Below, one piece after another: positions 8,845-19,395 of a DNA stretch of 57,604 bases. Position 1 is the first letter of the stretch. Every line of letters starts with the position of its first letter. Both the position numbers and the translations under genes were made by a program. The DNA is from Pelagibacteraceae bacterium. GTDB lineage: Bacteria; Pseudomonadota; Alphaproteobacteria; GCA-002720895. The notes beneath the pieces were generated by a model. The model was not told the origin of the DNA. It ran no database searches and worked only from the letters and a program-made list of their open reading frames with translations. The DNA is taken from contig PBCY01000020.1 of assembly GCA_002717245.1 (NCBI GenBank), forward strand, positions 13,482 to 71,085, read 5' to 3'.

Positions 8845-10167
8845 ATGAGAAAATTATTTTTTTTATTATTTTTTTTTATTTTAGTTAATTTTAATTATTT
8901 GCATGCCTTAGATGTTAAAGAAATTAATTATTATAAAGACAAAAAAGCATGGCTTGTAAATGATAATAATTTACCAATCATAGCTATTAAATTAGCATTT
9001 AAAGCAGGATCGGGGCTTGATCCTATAGGAAAAAAAGGATTAGCTAACATGACAGTATCTCTTTTAGATGAAGGAGCAGGAAATTATTCTGCAAAAGAAT
9101 TTAAAAGAATTTTAGCTGATAACTCAATAACTCTTAATTTTAATGTAAGTCACGATAATTTTTATATAAATTTATACACTTTAAAAGAAAATTTAGATCT
9201 TTCATTTCAACTTTTAGATTTAGCATTAACAAAACCAACGTTTAAATTACAAGAAATTGATAGAATTAAAGGTAATATAAAATTAATACTAGAACAATCT
9301 TATAAAGATCCTAATGAGATAGGCACAAGATTGTTTAGAGAAATTCTTTTTGAAGGTCATCCGTATCAATATGATACATTAGGCATAAGAGAGGATATTG
9401 ATAAAATAGAAAAAAAAGACTTAGAATCTTTTTTAAATAATAATTTAACGTTAGAAAATTTATTTGTAGCAGCTTCTGGCGATATCAATGAATCTGAACT
9501 AAAAAAATATTTAGAAAAATATTTTATAAAATTTGATAAAGAAAAAAAAGTAAATAAAGTTCCAATACATAAAAAAAATATTAAACCAAATATTTTCTTA
9601 CACAAAAAAGATTTAAGACAAAGTAGCATTCTATTTGCTGGCGAAGGTATTTCAAAAACAGATCCTTATTTTTATCCCGCATATGTTATGAATTATATTC
9701 TAGGAGGAGGAGGTTTTTTTTCTCGTTTGACTACAGAAGTAAGAGAAAAAAGAGGATTAGTTTATTCCGTGTATTCTTATTTATATAGGTATGATAAATA
9801 TAATTTTTTTTCAGGAGGAGCGCAGACAAGTAATGAAAATGTTAATAAAGTTATTAAAATTATAAAAGAAGAATTAGTTAAAATTAAGAATCAAGGAGTT
9901 ACTGAGAGCGAACTAAATGATGCAAAAAATTATTTAATTAATTCATATGTTTTAAGATTAGATAGCAATAAGAAAGTAGCATCTATACTTTTAAATACAC
10001 AGATGGATGGTTTAAATACAGATTTTTTTAAAAAAAGAAATGATTATATTAATTCGGTTTCTTTAGAGGATATAAAAGTAGTTGCTAAAAAAATTTTAGA
10101 TGAAAATCAAATATTCTTTCTTATTATAGGAAATCCATCTAATTTAAAAAATATAAATGAAATATAA
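8845..10167 (+). CDS. M16B peptidase, non-catalytic partner subunit
   Basis: No HxxEH; GGGGFFSRL..EVREKRGLVYSV motif; signal peptide. Confidence 0.9.
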   Translation: MRKLFFLLFFFILVNFNYLHALDVKEINYYKDKKAWLVNDNNLPIIAIKLAFKAGSGLDPIGKKGLANMTVSLLDEGAGNYSAKEFKRILADNSITLNFNVSHDNFYINLYTLKENLDLSFQLLDLALTKPTFKLQEIDRIKGNIKLILEQSYKDPNEIGTRLFREILFEGHPYQYDTLGIREDIDKIEKKDLESFLNNNLTLENLFVAASGDINESELKKYLEKYFIKFDKEKKVNKVPIHKKNIKPNIFLHKKDLRQSSILFAGEGISKTDPYFYPAYVMNYILGGGGFFSRLTTEVREKRGLVYSVYSYLYRYDKYNFFSGGAQTSNENVNKVIKIIKEELVKIKNQGVTESELNDAKNYLINSYVLRLDSNKKVASILLNTQMDGLNTDFFKKRNDYINSVSLEDIKVVAKKILDENQIFFLIIGNPSNLKNINEI

Positions 10168-10185
10168 AAAATTTATTATTTCTTT

Positions 10186-11439
10186 ATGAAACATAATATA
10201 AACAACTGTTTTCTTGATCCTGTTATAAAAAAAGATTTATTTAAATCGACTTTAAATAATATTGTAAAAATAATAGATAAAATTAAAAATCCCAAGGATC
10301 CTTTATTACTATCTTTTTTAAATCAATTTAATAGTTATGAAAAAAAAATAATTAATAAATTAGCTTTATACCATCAAAAAAATTTTAAAGATGTGATTGT
10401 TTTAGGAACCGGAGGTTCGAGTAAAGCAGGTCGAACTTTTGTGCAAATAGCTTATAGGACTTTTGGAAGAAATCCTAAATTTCCTAAAATTACTTTTTTA
10501 GAAAATATAGATTTTCAAGATTTTAATGATTTATTTAAAAAAATTAATTTAAAAAAAACTGGTGTAATTGTTATTTCAAAATCTGGTGAAACAAACGAAA
10601 CATTAGTCCAATTTTTAATATTTTTATCAAAATATAATTTGAATTTTAAAAAAGGAGATATCAAAAAACATTTTACAGTAATAACTAAAAAAGAAAATAA
10701 TTCATTAAGAAGTTTAGCAAAAAACTTCTCAATAAATGTTATTGATATTGATATTAATTTATCAGGAAGATTTTCAGCATTCTCACCAGTTGGACTTTTA
10801 CCAGCTGCAATTTCTGGATTAAATATTAAAAAAATAATTGATGGAGCTTTATTTATATTAAGTGAATCTTTAAATAAAAAACAAAAAATTCCATTTGAAG
10901 GAGCCATTTTACATTATGTTGCTCAAAATTCTAAGATTAATATATCTGTTTTGTTAACATATACTGAACGTTTAAGAAATTTTGGCTATTGGCATGAGCA
11001 ATTAATGGCAGAAAGTTTAGGAAAAAAAAACTTAGGTTTTACACCTATACATTCTATGGGAGCTACTGATCAACATTCATTATTACAATTATTTTTAGAA
11101 GGTCCTAAAGATAAGTTAATAACATTTGTTACTTTAAAAAAACAAAAAGATAAAATAAAAATTAGTAGTAGTTTAATTTCAAAGATAAAAAAATTATCTT
11201 TTTTAAAGAAGAAATCTTTAAATAAACTTTTAGATTTTGAAATGGATAAAGTTTGTAAAATGCTTAAAGATTACAAAAGACCTTTTAGAATAATTACACT
11301 TAAAAAATGCGATGAATTTGAAATAGGATGCTTGATGATGAATTTTATGTTAGAAACTATTACTTTAGCTTATTTAAATAATTTAAATCCCTTTGATCAA
11401 CCAGCCATTGATAAAGGTAAATCAATTAATTTAAAATAG
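10186..11439 (+). CDS. pgi: Glucose-6-phosphate isomerase (short type)
   Basis: GTGGS, SKSGETNET, GRFS, QLMAESLGK, DQHS, NPFDQP motifs. Confidence 0.92.
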   Translation: MKHNINNCFLDPVIKKDLFKSTLNNIVKIIDKIKNPKDPLLLSFLNQFNSYEKKIINKLALYHQKNFKDVIVLGTGGSSKAGRTFVQIAYRTFGRNPKFPKITFLENIDFQDFNDLFKKINLKKTGVIVISKSGETNETLVQFLIFLSKYNLNFKKGDIKKHFTVITKKENNSLRSLAKNFSINVIDIDINLSGRFSAFSPVGLLPAAISGLNIKKIIDGALFILSESLNKKQKIPFEGAILHYVAQNSKINISVLLTYTERLRNFGYWHEQLMAESLGKKNLGFTPIHSMGATDQHSLLQLFLEGPKDKLITFVTLKKQKDKIKISSSLISKIKKLSFLKKKSLNKLLDFEMDKVCKMLKDYKRPFRIITLKKCDEFEIGCLMMNFMLETITLAYLNNLNPFDQPAIDKGKSINLK

Positions 11440-11445
11440 AATCTT

Positions 11446-12627
11446 ATGCATGCTTTATTTTTGGTTGTTTTCTCAAATCTTTTAGGATTTGGAATTATAA
11501 TTCCATTACTCCCTTATTATGCTGAAAAATTTGGTGCAGAGCCAAATGAAGTAACTTTATTAATGGCCAGTTATTCACTTATGCAACTTATTTTTAGTCC
11601 AATACTAGGTAGAATAAGCGACATTTATGGAAGAAAAAGAGTGTTAATTTTATGTTTAATTGGATCTGCAGCTTCTTATGCTTTTTTATTTTTAGCTAAT
11701 AGTTTTGTATTAGTTTTACTTGCTAGATCTTTAGCGGGTATATTTGGATCAACCACTGCTATAGCAAATGCTTATGTTACTGAAACTACTTCACCTGAAA
11801 ACAGATCAAAAGGAATGGGTTTAATAGGAGCTGCTTTTGGGTTAGGTTTAGTTTTTGGACCAGTTATAGGAGGTTTTTTTGGAGGAGGAGATATAAACAA
11901 TATTGATTTTCAAACACCTTTTTTATTTGCTTTAATAGTATCTATAATCTCTTTTATTCTTGCTTATTTTTTATTAAATGAACCAAAAAAAAGAAATAAA
12001 CAATTTATTTCTATGAACTTTTTTAATTCTTTCAAAGATCTTCTAGGCTTATTTAAAATCAATGCAATTTTATTTTTAACTACAGCCTTTTTTCTAGTTA
12101 CATTTTCTTTTGCAGGTTTTGAAACAACTTTTGCCTTATGGACTGAAAGATCAATGGATTGGGCATCTAAACAAACAGGCTATGCTTTTACTTTTACTGC
12201 TTTATTAGTAGCAATTATACAAGGTATGTTGATAGGAAAATTAACTAAAGTTTTTGGTGAATTAAAACTTTTAATTATAAGTTGTTTTTTAATGTTAGTA
12301 GGTTTGTTTTTTATTACTTTATCAGTACAAAATTTATTTAATCTTATAATTGCTTTAAGTATTTTAGGTGTTTCAGTTGGATTAGGGAACCCGTCAATAA
12401 ATAGTTTATTATCAAAAAATTTAAATAAAAAAATTATAGGATCTTCTTTTGGAGTTTTTCAATCTGTTGGTAGTTTAGCTAGAATATTAAGTCCATTAAT
12501 AATGGGGAATTTTTTCTATTTTTTTGGAATTAATTCGCCATATAAACTGGGATCTTTTTTAATGTTTTTTTTACTTTTATTATTTATTTATTATTTTGTT
12601 TTTTTAAAAAAAAGTATAAAAACTTAA
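11446..12627 (+). CDS. MFS transporter (TetA/DHA1-like)
   Basis: GRISDIYGRKRV motif A; GLVFGPVIGG motif C; many TM segments. Confidence 0.9.
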   Translation: MHALFLVVFSNLLGFGIIIPLLPYYAEKFGAEPNEVTLLMASYSLMQLIFSPILGRISDIYGRKRVLILCLIGSAASYAFLFLANSFVLVLLARSLAGIFGSTTAIANAYVTETTSPENRSKGMGLIGAAFGLGLVFGPVIGGFFGGGDINNIDFQTPFLFALIVSIISFILAYFLLNEPKKRNKQFISMNFFNSFKDLLGLFKINAILFLTTAFFLVTFSFAGFETTFALWTERSMDWASKQTGYAFTFTALLVAIIQGMLIGKLTKVFGELKLLIISCFLMLVGLFFITLSVQNLFNLIIALSILGVSVGLGNPSINSLLSKNLNKKIIGSSFGVFQSVGSLARILSPLIMGNFFYFFGINSPYKLGSFLMFFLLLLFIYYFVFLKKSIKT

Positions 12628-12628
12628 T

Positions 12629-13201
12629 TTATTTTAATTTAACTAAAGTAAGCCCACTATTTCCATAATATTTTTCTTTAATTATTTCAAAGTCTTTTGG
12701 GATTGGTATTTTTTTTTTATTTGAATGTTCTAAAACAATTAAAGTTTTTTTTTTTATAATTTTAAAATCTAAAATTTTCTTTAGTGTTTTTTTAATAATT
12801 AAATTCATTTGATATGGGGGATCAATAAAAATTAAATCAAATTTTTCTTCTATTTTTTTTACTTTTCTTATGCTTCTTTTAATAATTTTTACATTTTCGT
12901 TAACTTTCAAATGATCTACGTTTTTATATAGTACACGCAAATTATCTCGAGATTTTTCAATAAATGTTACATTTTTAGCACCTCTTGATATTGCTTCTAA
13001 ACCTAACGCCCCTGTTCCTGCAAATACGTCTAATATATTAAATCCTTCAAATTGATTTTCTCCATTCTTCCCATTAATTTTTAAATAACTTATAATAATA
13101 TTAAATACAGATTCACGGATTTTGTCAGTTGTAGGTTTTATACCTTTTTGATTAAATTTTGTTAATTTTTTTCCTCTGAATTTTCCAGAAATTATTCTCA
13201 T
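12629..13201 (-). CDS. rsmD: 16S rRNA m2G966 methyltransferase
   Basis: MRIISGKFRG, LDVFAGTGALGLEAISRGA, DPPY. Confidence 0.96.
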   Translation of the reverse strand: MRIISGKFRGKKLTKFNQKGIKPTTDKIRESVFNIIISYLKINGKNGENQFEGFNILDVFAGTGALGLEAISRGAKNVTFIEKSRDNLRVLYKNVDHLKVNENVKIIKRSIRKVKKIEEKFDLIFIDPPYQMNLIIKKTLKKILDFKIIKKKTLIVLEHSNKKKIPIPKDFEIIKEKYYGNSGLTLVKLK

Positions 13202-13912
13202 TTTATTTTTTTAAAATATTTGTTTACATTTATTTCTTTAATTTCATTTTTTTTAAGATTTTTTAATTGAATCGGACCATAACTTATTCTTTGTAATTTA
13301 ATTACAAAATATTTAAAAAAACTCATTATTTTTCTAATTTCTCTATTTTTTCCTTCTACCAACTTCATTTTTATTATCGCAGTATCTTTTTTTTTTTTCT
13401 AATATACTAGTTTTTATACTTTTATATTTAATACCTTTAATTTTTATACCATTTTCTAAATTTCTTAATTTTTGTTTATCTATATTTCCTTTAATTTTTA
13501 CTTTGTATTCTCTAGTAAATGAATTTTTTGGTAACTCAAGATATCTAGCTAAAGTTCCAGAGTTTGTAAGTAATAATAAACCTTCAGAATTAAAATCAAG
13601 TCTTCCTACAGTTACAACCCTAGGTAATTCCTTAGGTAAATCTTCAAAGATTGTTTTTCTACTTAAAGGGTCATAGTTAGTAGTTAATTTTCCAATTGGT
13701 TTATTATATTTCCATAATCTTATTTTTTTATCTAATTTTATTTTTTTATTATCAACTTTAATTAAATCTTCAGTGGTAGCTCTTTCTGGTACAGACTTAA
13801 GTACTTTATTATTTAGTTGAACTCTACCTTCTTTTATTAGTGTTTCTGCTTTTCTTCTAGAACATATTCCAGCATCAGCTATAAGCTTTGAAACTTTATA
13901 AGTTTTTTTCAC
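13198..13912 (-). pseudogene. rluB: RluB/RsuA-family rRNA pseudouridine synthase, frameshifted at an A12 run (13387-13398)
   Basis: S4 domain and GRLDFNSEGLLLLTN in the ORF 13343-13912. The C-terminal motifs EGKNREIRK and RISYGPIQL continue in a shifted frame to a TGA at 13200-13198 overlapping the rsmD ATG. May be a sequencing error. Confidence 0.85.
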
Positions 13913-13915
13913 TTT

Positions 13916-14629
13916 TTATTTTTGACAGGCCTTAATAAATGCTTTAAAAATTTTTTTATCGTAATTGCTTATAAAAAATTCAGGATGCCATTGAATTCCT
14001 AAAAAAAATTTATGACTATCTGATTCTATTCCTTCAATTATACCATCATCAGCTATTGCATTTATACTTAAATTTTTACCAACTTTTTTAACCGCTTGGT
14101 GATGAGCACTATTAACTTTAAATTCTTTTTTTTTTACAATTTTAAATAATTTACTTTTTAAATTTATTTTAACTTTATGACTAGCCTTATTTCTTGGTTC
14201 GGGCTGTTCATGTTTTATAAAAGTTTTTTTAATATGTTGAATAAGAGAGCCATTTGATGCAACATTTAAAAGTTGTTGACCTCCACAAATACCTAAAATC
14301 GGTTTATTTTTTTTTAAAGCAAGTTTAGCTATTTTAATTTCAAATTTTGTTCTTGGAATATCTAAATGGTTTACTTTTTTTTCTTTTTTTTCTCCATAAA
14401 TTTTTGGATCAATATCAAAATCCCCTCCCGTAAGTAATATTCCATCAATTATATTAAAATAATGATTTGCTAACTCTGGTTTAGAGGGTAGCATCAAAGG
14501 AACCCCATTTGCACTTATAATACTATTAATATAATTTATTCGTACTGCGTACCATGGAAACTTTGAGTAGGTTTTATTTGATCCTGTATCAATTGAAATT
14601 CCAATAATAGGTTTTTTGTATTTTTTCAT
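13916..14629 (-). CDS. Gamma-glutamyl-gamma-aminobutyrate hydrolase family (peptidase C26, class I glutamine amidotransferase)
   Basis: LLTGG-DIDP, LGICGGQQ, VNSAHHQ, GIQWHPE. Confidence 0.9.
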   Translation of the reverse strand: MKKYKKPIIGISIDTGSNKTYSKFPWYAVRINYINSIISANGVPLMLPSKPELANHYFNIIDGILLTGGDFDIDPKIYGEKKEKKVNHLDIPRTKFEIKIAKLALKKNKPILGICGGQQLLNVASNGSLIQHIKKTFIKHEQPEPRNKASHKVKINLKSKLFKIVKKKEFKVNSAHHQAVKKVGKNLSINAIADDGIIEGIESDSHKFFLGIQWHPEFFISNYDKKIFKAFIKACQK

Positions 14630-14683
14630 TTTTTTTATTTTATGTATTTATAATAGTTCTTAAATAATTTTTTTTGTAAAATT

Positions 14684-15133
14684 TTGTTACCAAATAAAAA
14701 AATAATAGATGAATTAAAAAAATTAGCTATAAAAGCAAAGAATAATAACGAAGTACCTATTTCTGCAATTATAGCTAAAAAAAACAAAATATTTTTTTCT
14801 GCTTATAATACATGCCATAAGACTAATAATCCATTAAACCATGCAGAAATGATTGTTATCAATCATGCATTAAAAGAAACAAAACAAAAATTTTTAAATG
14901 AATTTGATATTTATTCTTCTTTAGAACCATGCGCATTATGTGCTAGCGCAATATCCTTTTGTAGGATTAAAAGAATTTTTTTCTGCGCCTACGATAAAAA
15001 ATTTGGCTCTATTATTAATGGTGCAAAAATATTTAAAATTAAAAATGCAATGTATAAGCCAAAAATATTTGGCGGTATAGAAGAAAAGTTTTTTTCTCAA
15101 ATACTTAAAGATTTTTTTAAAAATAAAAGATAA
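14684..15133 (+). CDS. tadA: tRNA adenosine(34) deaminase / nucleoside deaminase
   Basis: EVPI, HAE and EPCALC zinc motifs. Confidence 0.88.
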   Translation: MLPNKKIIDELKKLAIKAKNNNEVPISAIIAKKNKIFFSAYNTCHKTNNPLNHAEMIVINHALKETKQKFLNEFDIYSSLEPCALCASAISFCRIKRIFFCAYDKKFGSIINGAKIFKIKNAMYKPKIFGGIEEKFFSQILKDFFKNKR

Positions 15134-16411
15134 TTATTTTAATTTTTTTGCCCTATATCCAATATCTTTTCTAAAAAAACTATTTTTCCACTTTAATCTT
15201 CTTACAACTTCATAAACTTTTTTTTTTGCTATATTAAAATTTTTATTTTTTGAGGTTACTGATAAGACTCTACCTCCAGTTGCAATAATATTATTTTTTG
15301 TATCAAGACTTGTGCCAGAATGAAAAATTTTTGTATTCATATCTTCTTTTATTAAATTTAAATTTTTAATTATATTATTTTTTTTGTACTTACCTGGGTA
15401 GCCTTTATTAACCATAACAACGGTTAATGCATATTCTTTTTTCCATTTAATTATTGTTTTATTTAATTTTTTGTTTACACAGTTAATTAAAATTTTTAGT
15501 AAATCTGATTTTAATAAAAAAATTAAAGGCTGACATTCTGGGTCACCAAAACGAACATTATATTCAATTAAATAAATTTTTTCTTTAACTAACATTAGTC
15601 CAGCATAAAGAATTCCATTAAAATATATTTTTTCCTTATCTAATGCTTTAATTGTTGGCTCAATTATTTCTTTTTTAATTTTATTGGTAATATTTTTTTT
15701 TAAATATGGAAGAGGGCAATATGCTCCCATTCCTCCTGTATTTGGGCCTTTGTCTTTTTCATAAATTTTTTTATGATCTTGAGATAATAAAAGTGGAATA
15801 TAGTTTTTTCCATCTACTAAAGATAAACAACTTATTTCTTCTCCTTCAAGATAATCTTCAATAACAACTTCTTTTCCAGAATTACCTAAATTCTTTTTTA
15901 ACATTAAGTTTTTTAATACTTTTTCTGCTTCAAGTTTTTTTTTTACTATAAAAACTCCTTTTCCTGCTGCAAGGCCACTTGCTTTAATTACTATTGGATA
16001 TTTAATTTTTTGAATGTAACTAATGGCATTAGTAAAATTTTTAAATTTTTTATATTCTGCTGTAGGAATATTATGCTTTTTACAAAAATCTTTTGTAAAG
16101 CTTTTCGAAGATTCTAAAATTGAAGCTTTTTTATTTGGGCCGAAAGCTTTTATTTTTATTTTATTAAGTTTATCAACAATACCATTTACTAAGGGATCTT
16201 CAGGACCTACAATTACAAAATCAATTTTTTCTTTTTTTATAAATTGCTTTATAGAATTAAAATTATTTATATTAATATCTATACATTCAGCTACGTCTTT
16301 AATACCTGCGTTACCAGGAATACAAAATAATTTTTTACATAAAGGTGACTTTGATATTGCCCAACTTAAAGCATGTTCTCTTCCACCTGATCCTAAAATT
16401 AAAATTTTCAA
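15134..16411 (-). CDS. purD: Phosphoribosylamine--glycine ligase
   Basis: GSGGREHAL, GLAAGKGV, GPNTGGMGAY, EYNVRFGDPE. Confidence 0.98.
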   Translation of the reverse strand: MKILILGSGGREHALSWAISKSPLCKKLFCIPGNAGIKDVAECIDININNFNSIKQFIKKEKIDFVIVGPEDPLVNGIVDKLNKIKIKAFGPNKKASILESSKSFTKDFCKKHNIPTAEYKKFKNFTNAISYIQKIKYPIVIKASGLAAGKGVFIVKKKLEAEKVLKNLMLKKNLGNSGKEVVIEDYLEGEEISCLSLVDGKNYIPLLLSQDHKKIYEKDKGPNTGGMGAYCPLPYLKKNITNKIKKEIIEPTIKALDKEKIYFNGILYAGLMLVKEKIYLIEYNVRFGDPECQPLIFLLKSDLLKILINCVNKKLNKTIIKWKKEYALTVVMVNKGYPGKYKKNNIIKNLNLIKEDMNTKIFHSGTSLDTKNNIIATGGRVLSVTSKNKNFNIAKKKVYEVVRRLKWKNSFFRKDIGYRAKKLK

Positions 16412-16465
16412 TTGAATTTTTTTATATTAATTTTTTTTAATAAATTTATCATAATTATAAATAAA

Positions 16466-17698
16466 ATGACTGACAATAAATTAATAGATAAAATTGATAA
16501 TGACAACATCCCAACTTTTAGTGTATCTGAAATAACTAAAGAAATAACAGATTTACTTGAAGATAAATATAGTTATGTGAAGATAAAAGGAGAAATTTCA
16601 GGAGAAACCGGAAATAAATACCCTGAAATTTATTTTACACTTAAAGATGAAGAAAATGTTATTAGTGCAATAATAAAAAGAAATAAAATTCCTAATTTAA
16701 AATTCTTACCTGAAGATGGATTAGAGGTTGTTTGTATAGGAAAAATAACAGCTTACACAAAAAGAGATTCTAAATTTCAAATTGATGTTGATTTTATTTC
16801 TATAGAAGGAGAAGGCCAGCTCCTCAAAATGAAAGAAAAGTTACGAAAAAAATTAGAAATTGAGGGTCTTTTCGATAGTAAATACAAAAGAGATATCCCG
16901 CTTATTCCTGATAAAATAGGGATAATAACTTCACCTTCAGGATCAGTTATTAAAGATATGCAAAGAATTATTTTTGAAAGATTTTCTGTTCCTATAGATT
17001 TATTTAGAGCAACTGTCCAAGGTGACAAAGCAGTTAAAGATATTATTTCAGGAATAGAATATTTTAATAGTCAGAAAATTAATTTAAAACCTAATGTTAT
17101 TATAATTGCTCGGGGAGGAGGTAGTATAGAAGATTTATGGTGTTTTAATAATGAAGAATTAGCAAGATCAGTGTTTAATTCAAAAATACCTATTATTTCT
17201 GCTATTGGGCACGAGCCTGACATTAACATAATTGATTATGTTGCTGATTTAAGTTTAGCAACACCTTCGCATGCTGCTAAAAGGGTTGTTCCAGAAAGAA
17301 AAGAATTATTATTAAGAATAAAAAATATTGTTAATATTTTTGTAAATAATTCTTCAAATTATTTTTCTAATAAAAATAAAAAATTAGATTTATTGTTTAG
17401 TAAGTTAAAAAAACCTGATGTTTTATTAAATTTAGCTTTTAGTACTTTAAACAAAATTGAAAAAAAATTTATTGATTCAGAAAAAAAATTTTTTTGTTTA
17501 TTAAGTGATAAATTAAAAAATGAAGTAGGGAAATTAGAGATCGGTTCTCATCAAAATACATTAAAAAGGGGTTATACTTATATTAAAGATTCTAAAAATA
17601 ATTTATTCTTAAAGAGAGTTAAAAATATTAAAAACGAAACTAATTTAAAAATTACATTTTATGACGGAACTATTGATGCAATACCTAAAAAAAAATAG
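16466..17698 (+). CDS. xseA: Exodeoxyribonuclease VII large subunit
   Basis: YFTLKD, ARGGGSIEDLWCFN, SAIGHE. Start moved to the in-frame ATG at 16466 because the track's TTG at 16412 abuts the divergent purD start. Confidence 0.93.
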   Translation: MTDNKLIDKIDNDNIPTFSVSEITKEITDLLEDKYSYVKIKGEISGETGNKYPEIYFTLKDEENVISAIIKRNKIPNLKFLPEDGLEVVCIGKITAYTKRDSKFQIDVDFISIEGEGQLLKMKEKLRKKLEIEGLFDSKYKRDIPLIPDKIGIITSPSGSVIKDMQRIIFERFSVPIDLFRATVQGDKAVKDIISGIEYFNSQKINLKPNVIIIARGGGSIEDLWCFNNEELARSVFNSKIPIISAIGHEPDINIIDYVADLSLATPSHAAKRVVPERKELLLRIKNIVNIFVNNSSNYFSNKNKKLDLLFSKLKKPDVLLNLAFSTLNKIEKKFIDSEKKFFCLLSDKLKNEVGKLEIGSHQNTLKRGYTYIKDSKNNLFLKRVKNIKNETNLKITFYDGTIDAIPKKK

Positions 17699-18527
17699 TT
17701 TTTTTAAATATTTTTTCTTTTTAATTATTTTTTTTTGTAATACGCAAGTTTCTTACGCAAAAGTTTATTCAGATTTTTTAGATCTTGAAGGTAGCTTTAT
17801 GCAAGGAGGACTTTTATTTGGAAAAACTAAGCCAAAAAATAAAGTTTTTTTTAATGATAATAATATTTTTGTTAATCAAGAAGGAGATTTTGTTTTAGCT
17901 ATAGGAAGAGATCATAAATTAGAAAATTTAATTACAGTTCAAGGGTTAGAAAAAAAGGAAGTTCATAAAATAAAAATTTCTAAAAGAAAATATAAAATTC
18001 AAAGAATAGATGGGTTGCCAAAAAATAAAGTTACACCTAGCGAAGAGGAAATGAGAAGAATAAAGAAGGAATCTAAAAAGATTATAAAATCTAAGAATGT
18101 ATTTATTAATCAAACTTTATATAAAAGTGGATTTATTTGGCCAGTAAAAGGGATAGTAACAGGTGAATATGGTAATCAAAGAATTTTAAATGGAAAACCA
18201 CGTAGACCTCACTATGGATTAGATATAGCTGCTCCATCAGGAACAAAAATAGTTTCTCCTTCAGATGCAGAAGTTGTATTAACTTTAGAAGATAGCTTTT
18301 TTAATGGAAAAATGATTATTTTAAATCATGGATTGGGATTAAATTCAATATATTCACATTTAAAAAATATTCATGTAAAAGAAGGTGATAAAATTAAAAA
18401 AGGTAGCGTAATTGCAGAGGTAGGAAGTACTGGAAGATCTACAGGCCCTCATTTAGATTGGCGTATAAACGTTTATAGTAAAGCAGTTGACCCTCAGTTA
18501 TTATTATTAAATCAGCCAAAGTTTTAA
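17661..18527 (+). CDS. M23 family metallopeptidase
   Basis: HYGLD, YSHL, GSTGRSTGPHLDW; true start may be the ATG at 17676. Confidence 0.92.
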   Translation: MTELLMQYLKKNSFFKYFFFLIIFFCNTQVSYAKVYSDFLDLEGSFMQGGLLFGKTKPKNKVFFNDNNIFVNQEGDFVLAIGRDHKLENLITVQGLEKKEVHKIKISKRKYKIQRIDGLPKNKVTPSEEEMRRIKKESKKIIKSKNVFINQTLYKSGFIWPVKGIVTGEYGNQRILNGKPRRPHYGLDIAAPSGTKIVSPSDAEVVLTLEDSFFNGKMIILNHGLGLNSIYSHLKNIHVKEGDKIKKGSVIAEVGSTGRSTGPHLDWRINVYSKAVDPQLLLLNQPKF

Positions 18528-18528
18528 T

Positions 18529-19395
18529 TTACCATCTTTTATGTAACCAAAGCCACTGGCCAGGATTTTTTCTTATCCACTTCTCCATTATTAAATTTAC
18601 TTCAGTCATTATTTCTAAAGGTGTTTTTTTTTTACCTTTTTTTATAATTTTTAGCGGATTATGAAAAGTAATTTTAAAGTTTGTGTTTTTTATTCTTTCA
18701 ACTTCAACAGGAACAACTAATGATTTTATTCTAAGGCATAATTGAGCTAAAGCATCAGATGTCATAGCAGGTTTATTAAAAAAAGGCACTTTAATCCCAT
18801 CATTCATTTTTTGGTCTATAACCAAACCAATGCTTCTTCCTTTTCTTAAAGAGTAAATTAGTTGTTTTGCTCCTTCTTTACCTTTAGGAGCCATAGGTAA
18901 ATTTGATCTTAAATATTTTATAAGAAAATTTACAATTGGATTATTTGGTCTTCTAAATATTGATAAAACTGGAACACCATTTTTAATAGATGCAATTGGT
19001 GAAATTTCCCAGTTTGCTAAATGACCTGAAAAAAAAATTGCAGGAGTTTTAGTTCTTTTAATTAGTAATAAATTCTTTTTTCCATAAACTTGGATTTTAT
19101 TATTTTTTTCTGGATCTAATTTTGATAAATGAGGATATTCTCCTAAAACTTTACCTAAATTTTCCCACATATCTTTTATAATATTTTTTATTTCTTGTTC
19201 ATTTTTTTCTGGCATTACTTTTTTTATATTATTGTATGCTTTTTTTGTAACTCCTAGTTTAGGCCCGATTAAAGATGCAAATTTTCCCATTAAAAAAGAT
19301 GAAACATTTAATGGTAATATTTTTAAAATAATAAATAAAAATAAAAGTAAAAAACCTTCTATAAAGTAGAGAAATATTTTAAATAGTTTATACAA
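18529..19395 (-). CDS. lpxL: Lipid A late acyltransferase (LpxL/HtrB family)
   Basis: GHLANWE, DQK, PGQWLWLHKRW. Confidence 0.88.
   Translation of the reverse strand: MYKLFKIFLYFIEGFLLLFLFIILKILPLNVSSFLMGKFASLIGPKLGVTKKAYNNIKKVMPEKNEQEIKNIIKDMWENLGKVLGEYPHLSKLDPEKNNKIQVYGKKNLLLIKRTKTPAIFFSGHLANWEISPIASIKNGVPVLSIFRRPNNPIVNFLIKYLRSNLPMAPKGKEGAKQLIYSLRKGRSIGLVIDQKMNDGIKVPFFNKPAMTSDALAQLCLRIKSLVVPVEVERIKNTNFKITFHNPLKIIKKGKKKTPLEIMTEVNLIMEKWIRKNPGQWLWLHKRW

Noticed and set aside
8845-10167. M16 gene lacking HxxEH as a pseudogene
   Set aside because: It is the normal non-catalytic subunit of heterodimeric M16B peptidases, and the ORF is intact.
16412-16465. N-terminal extension of xseA from the TTG at 16412
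   Set aside because: It would leave no space between divergent purD and xseA; the ATG at 16466 gives a normal N-terminus.
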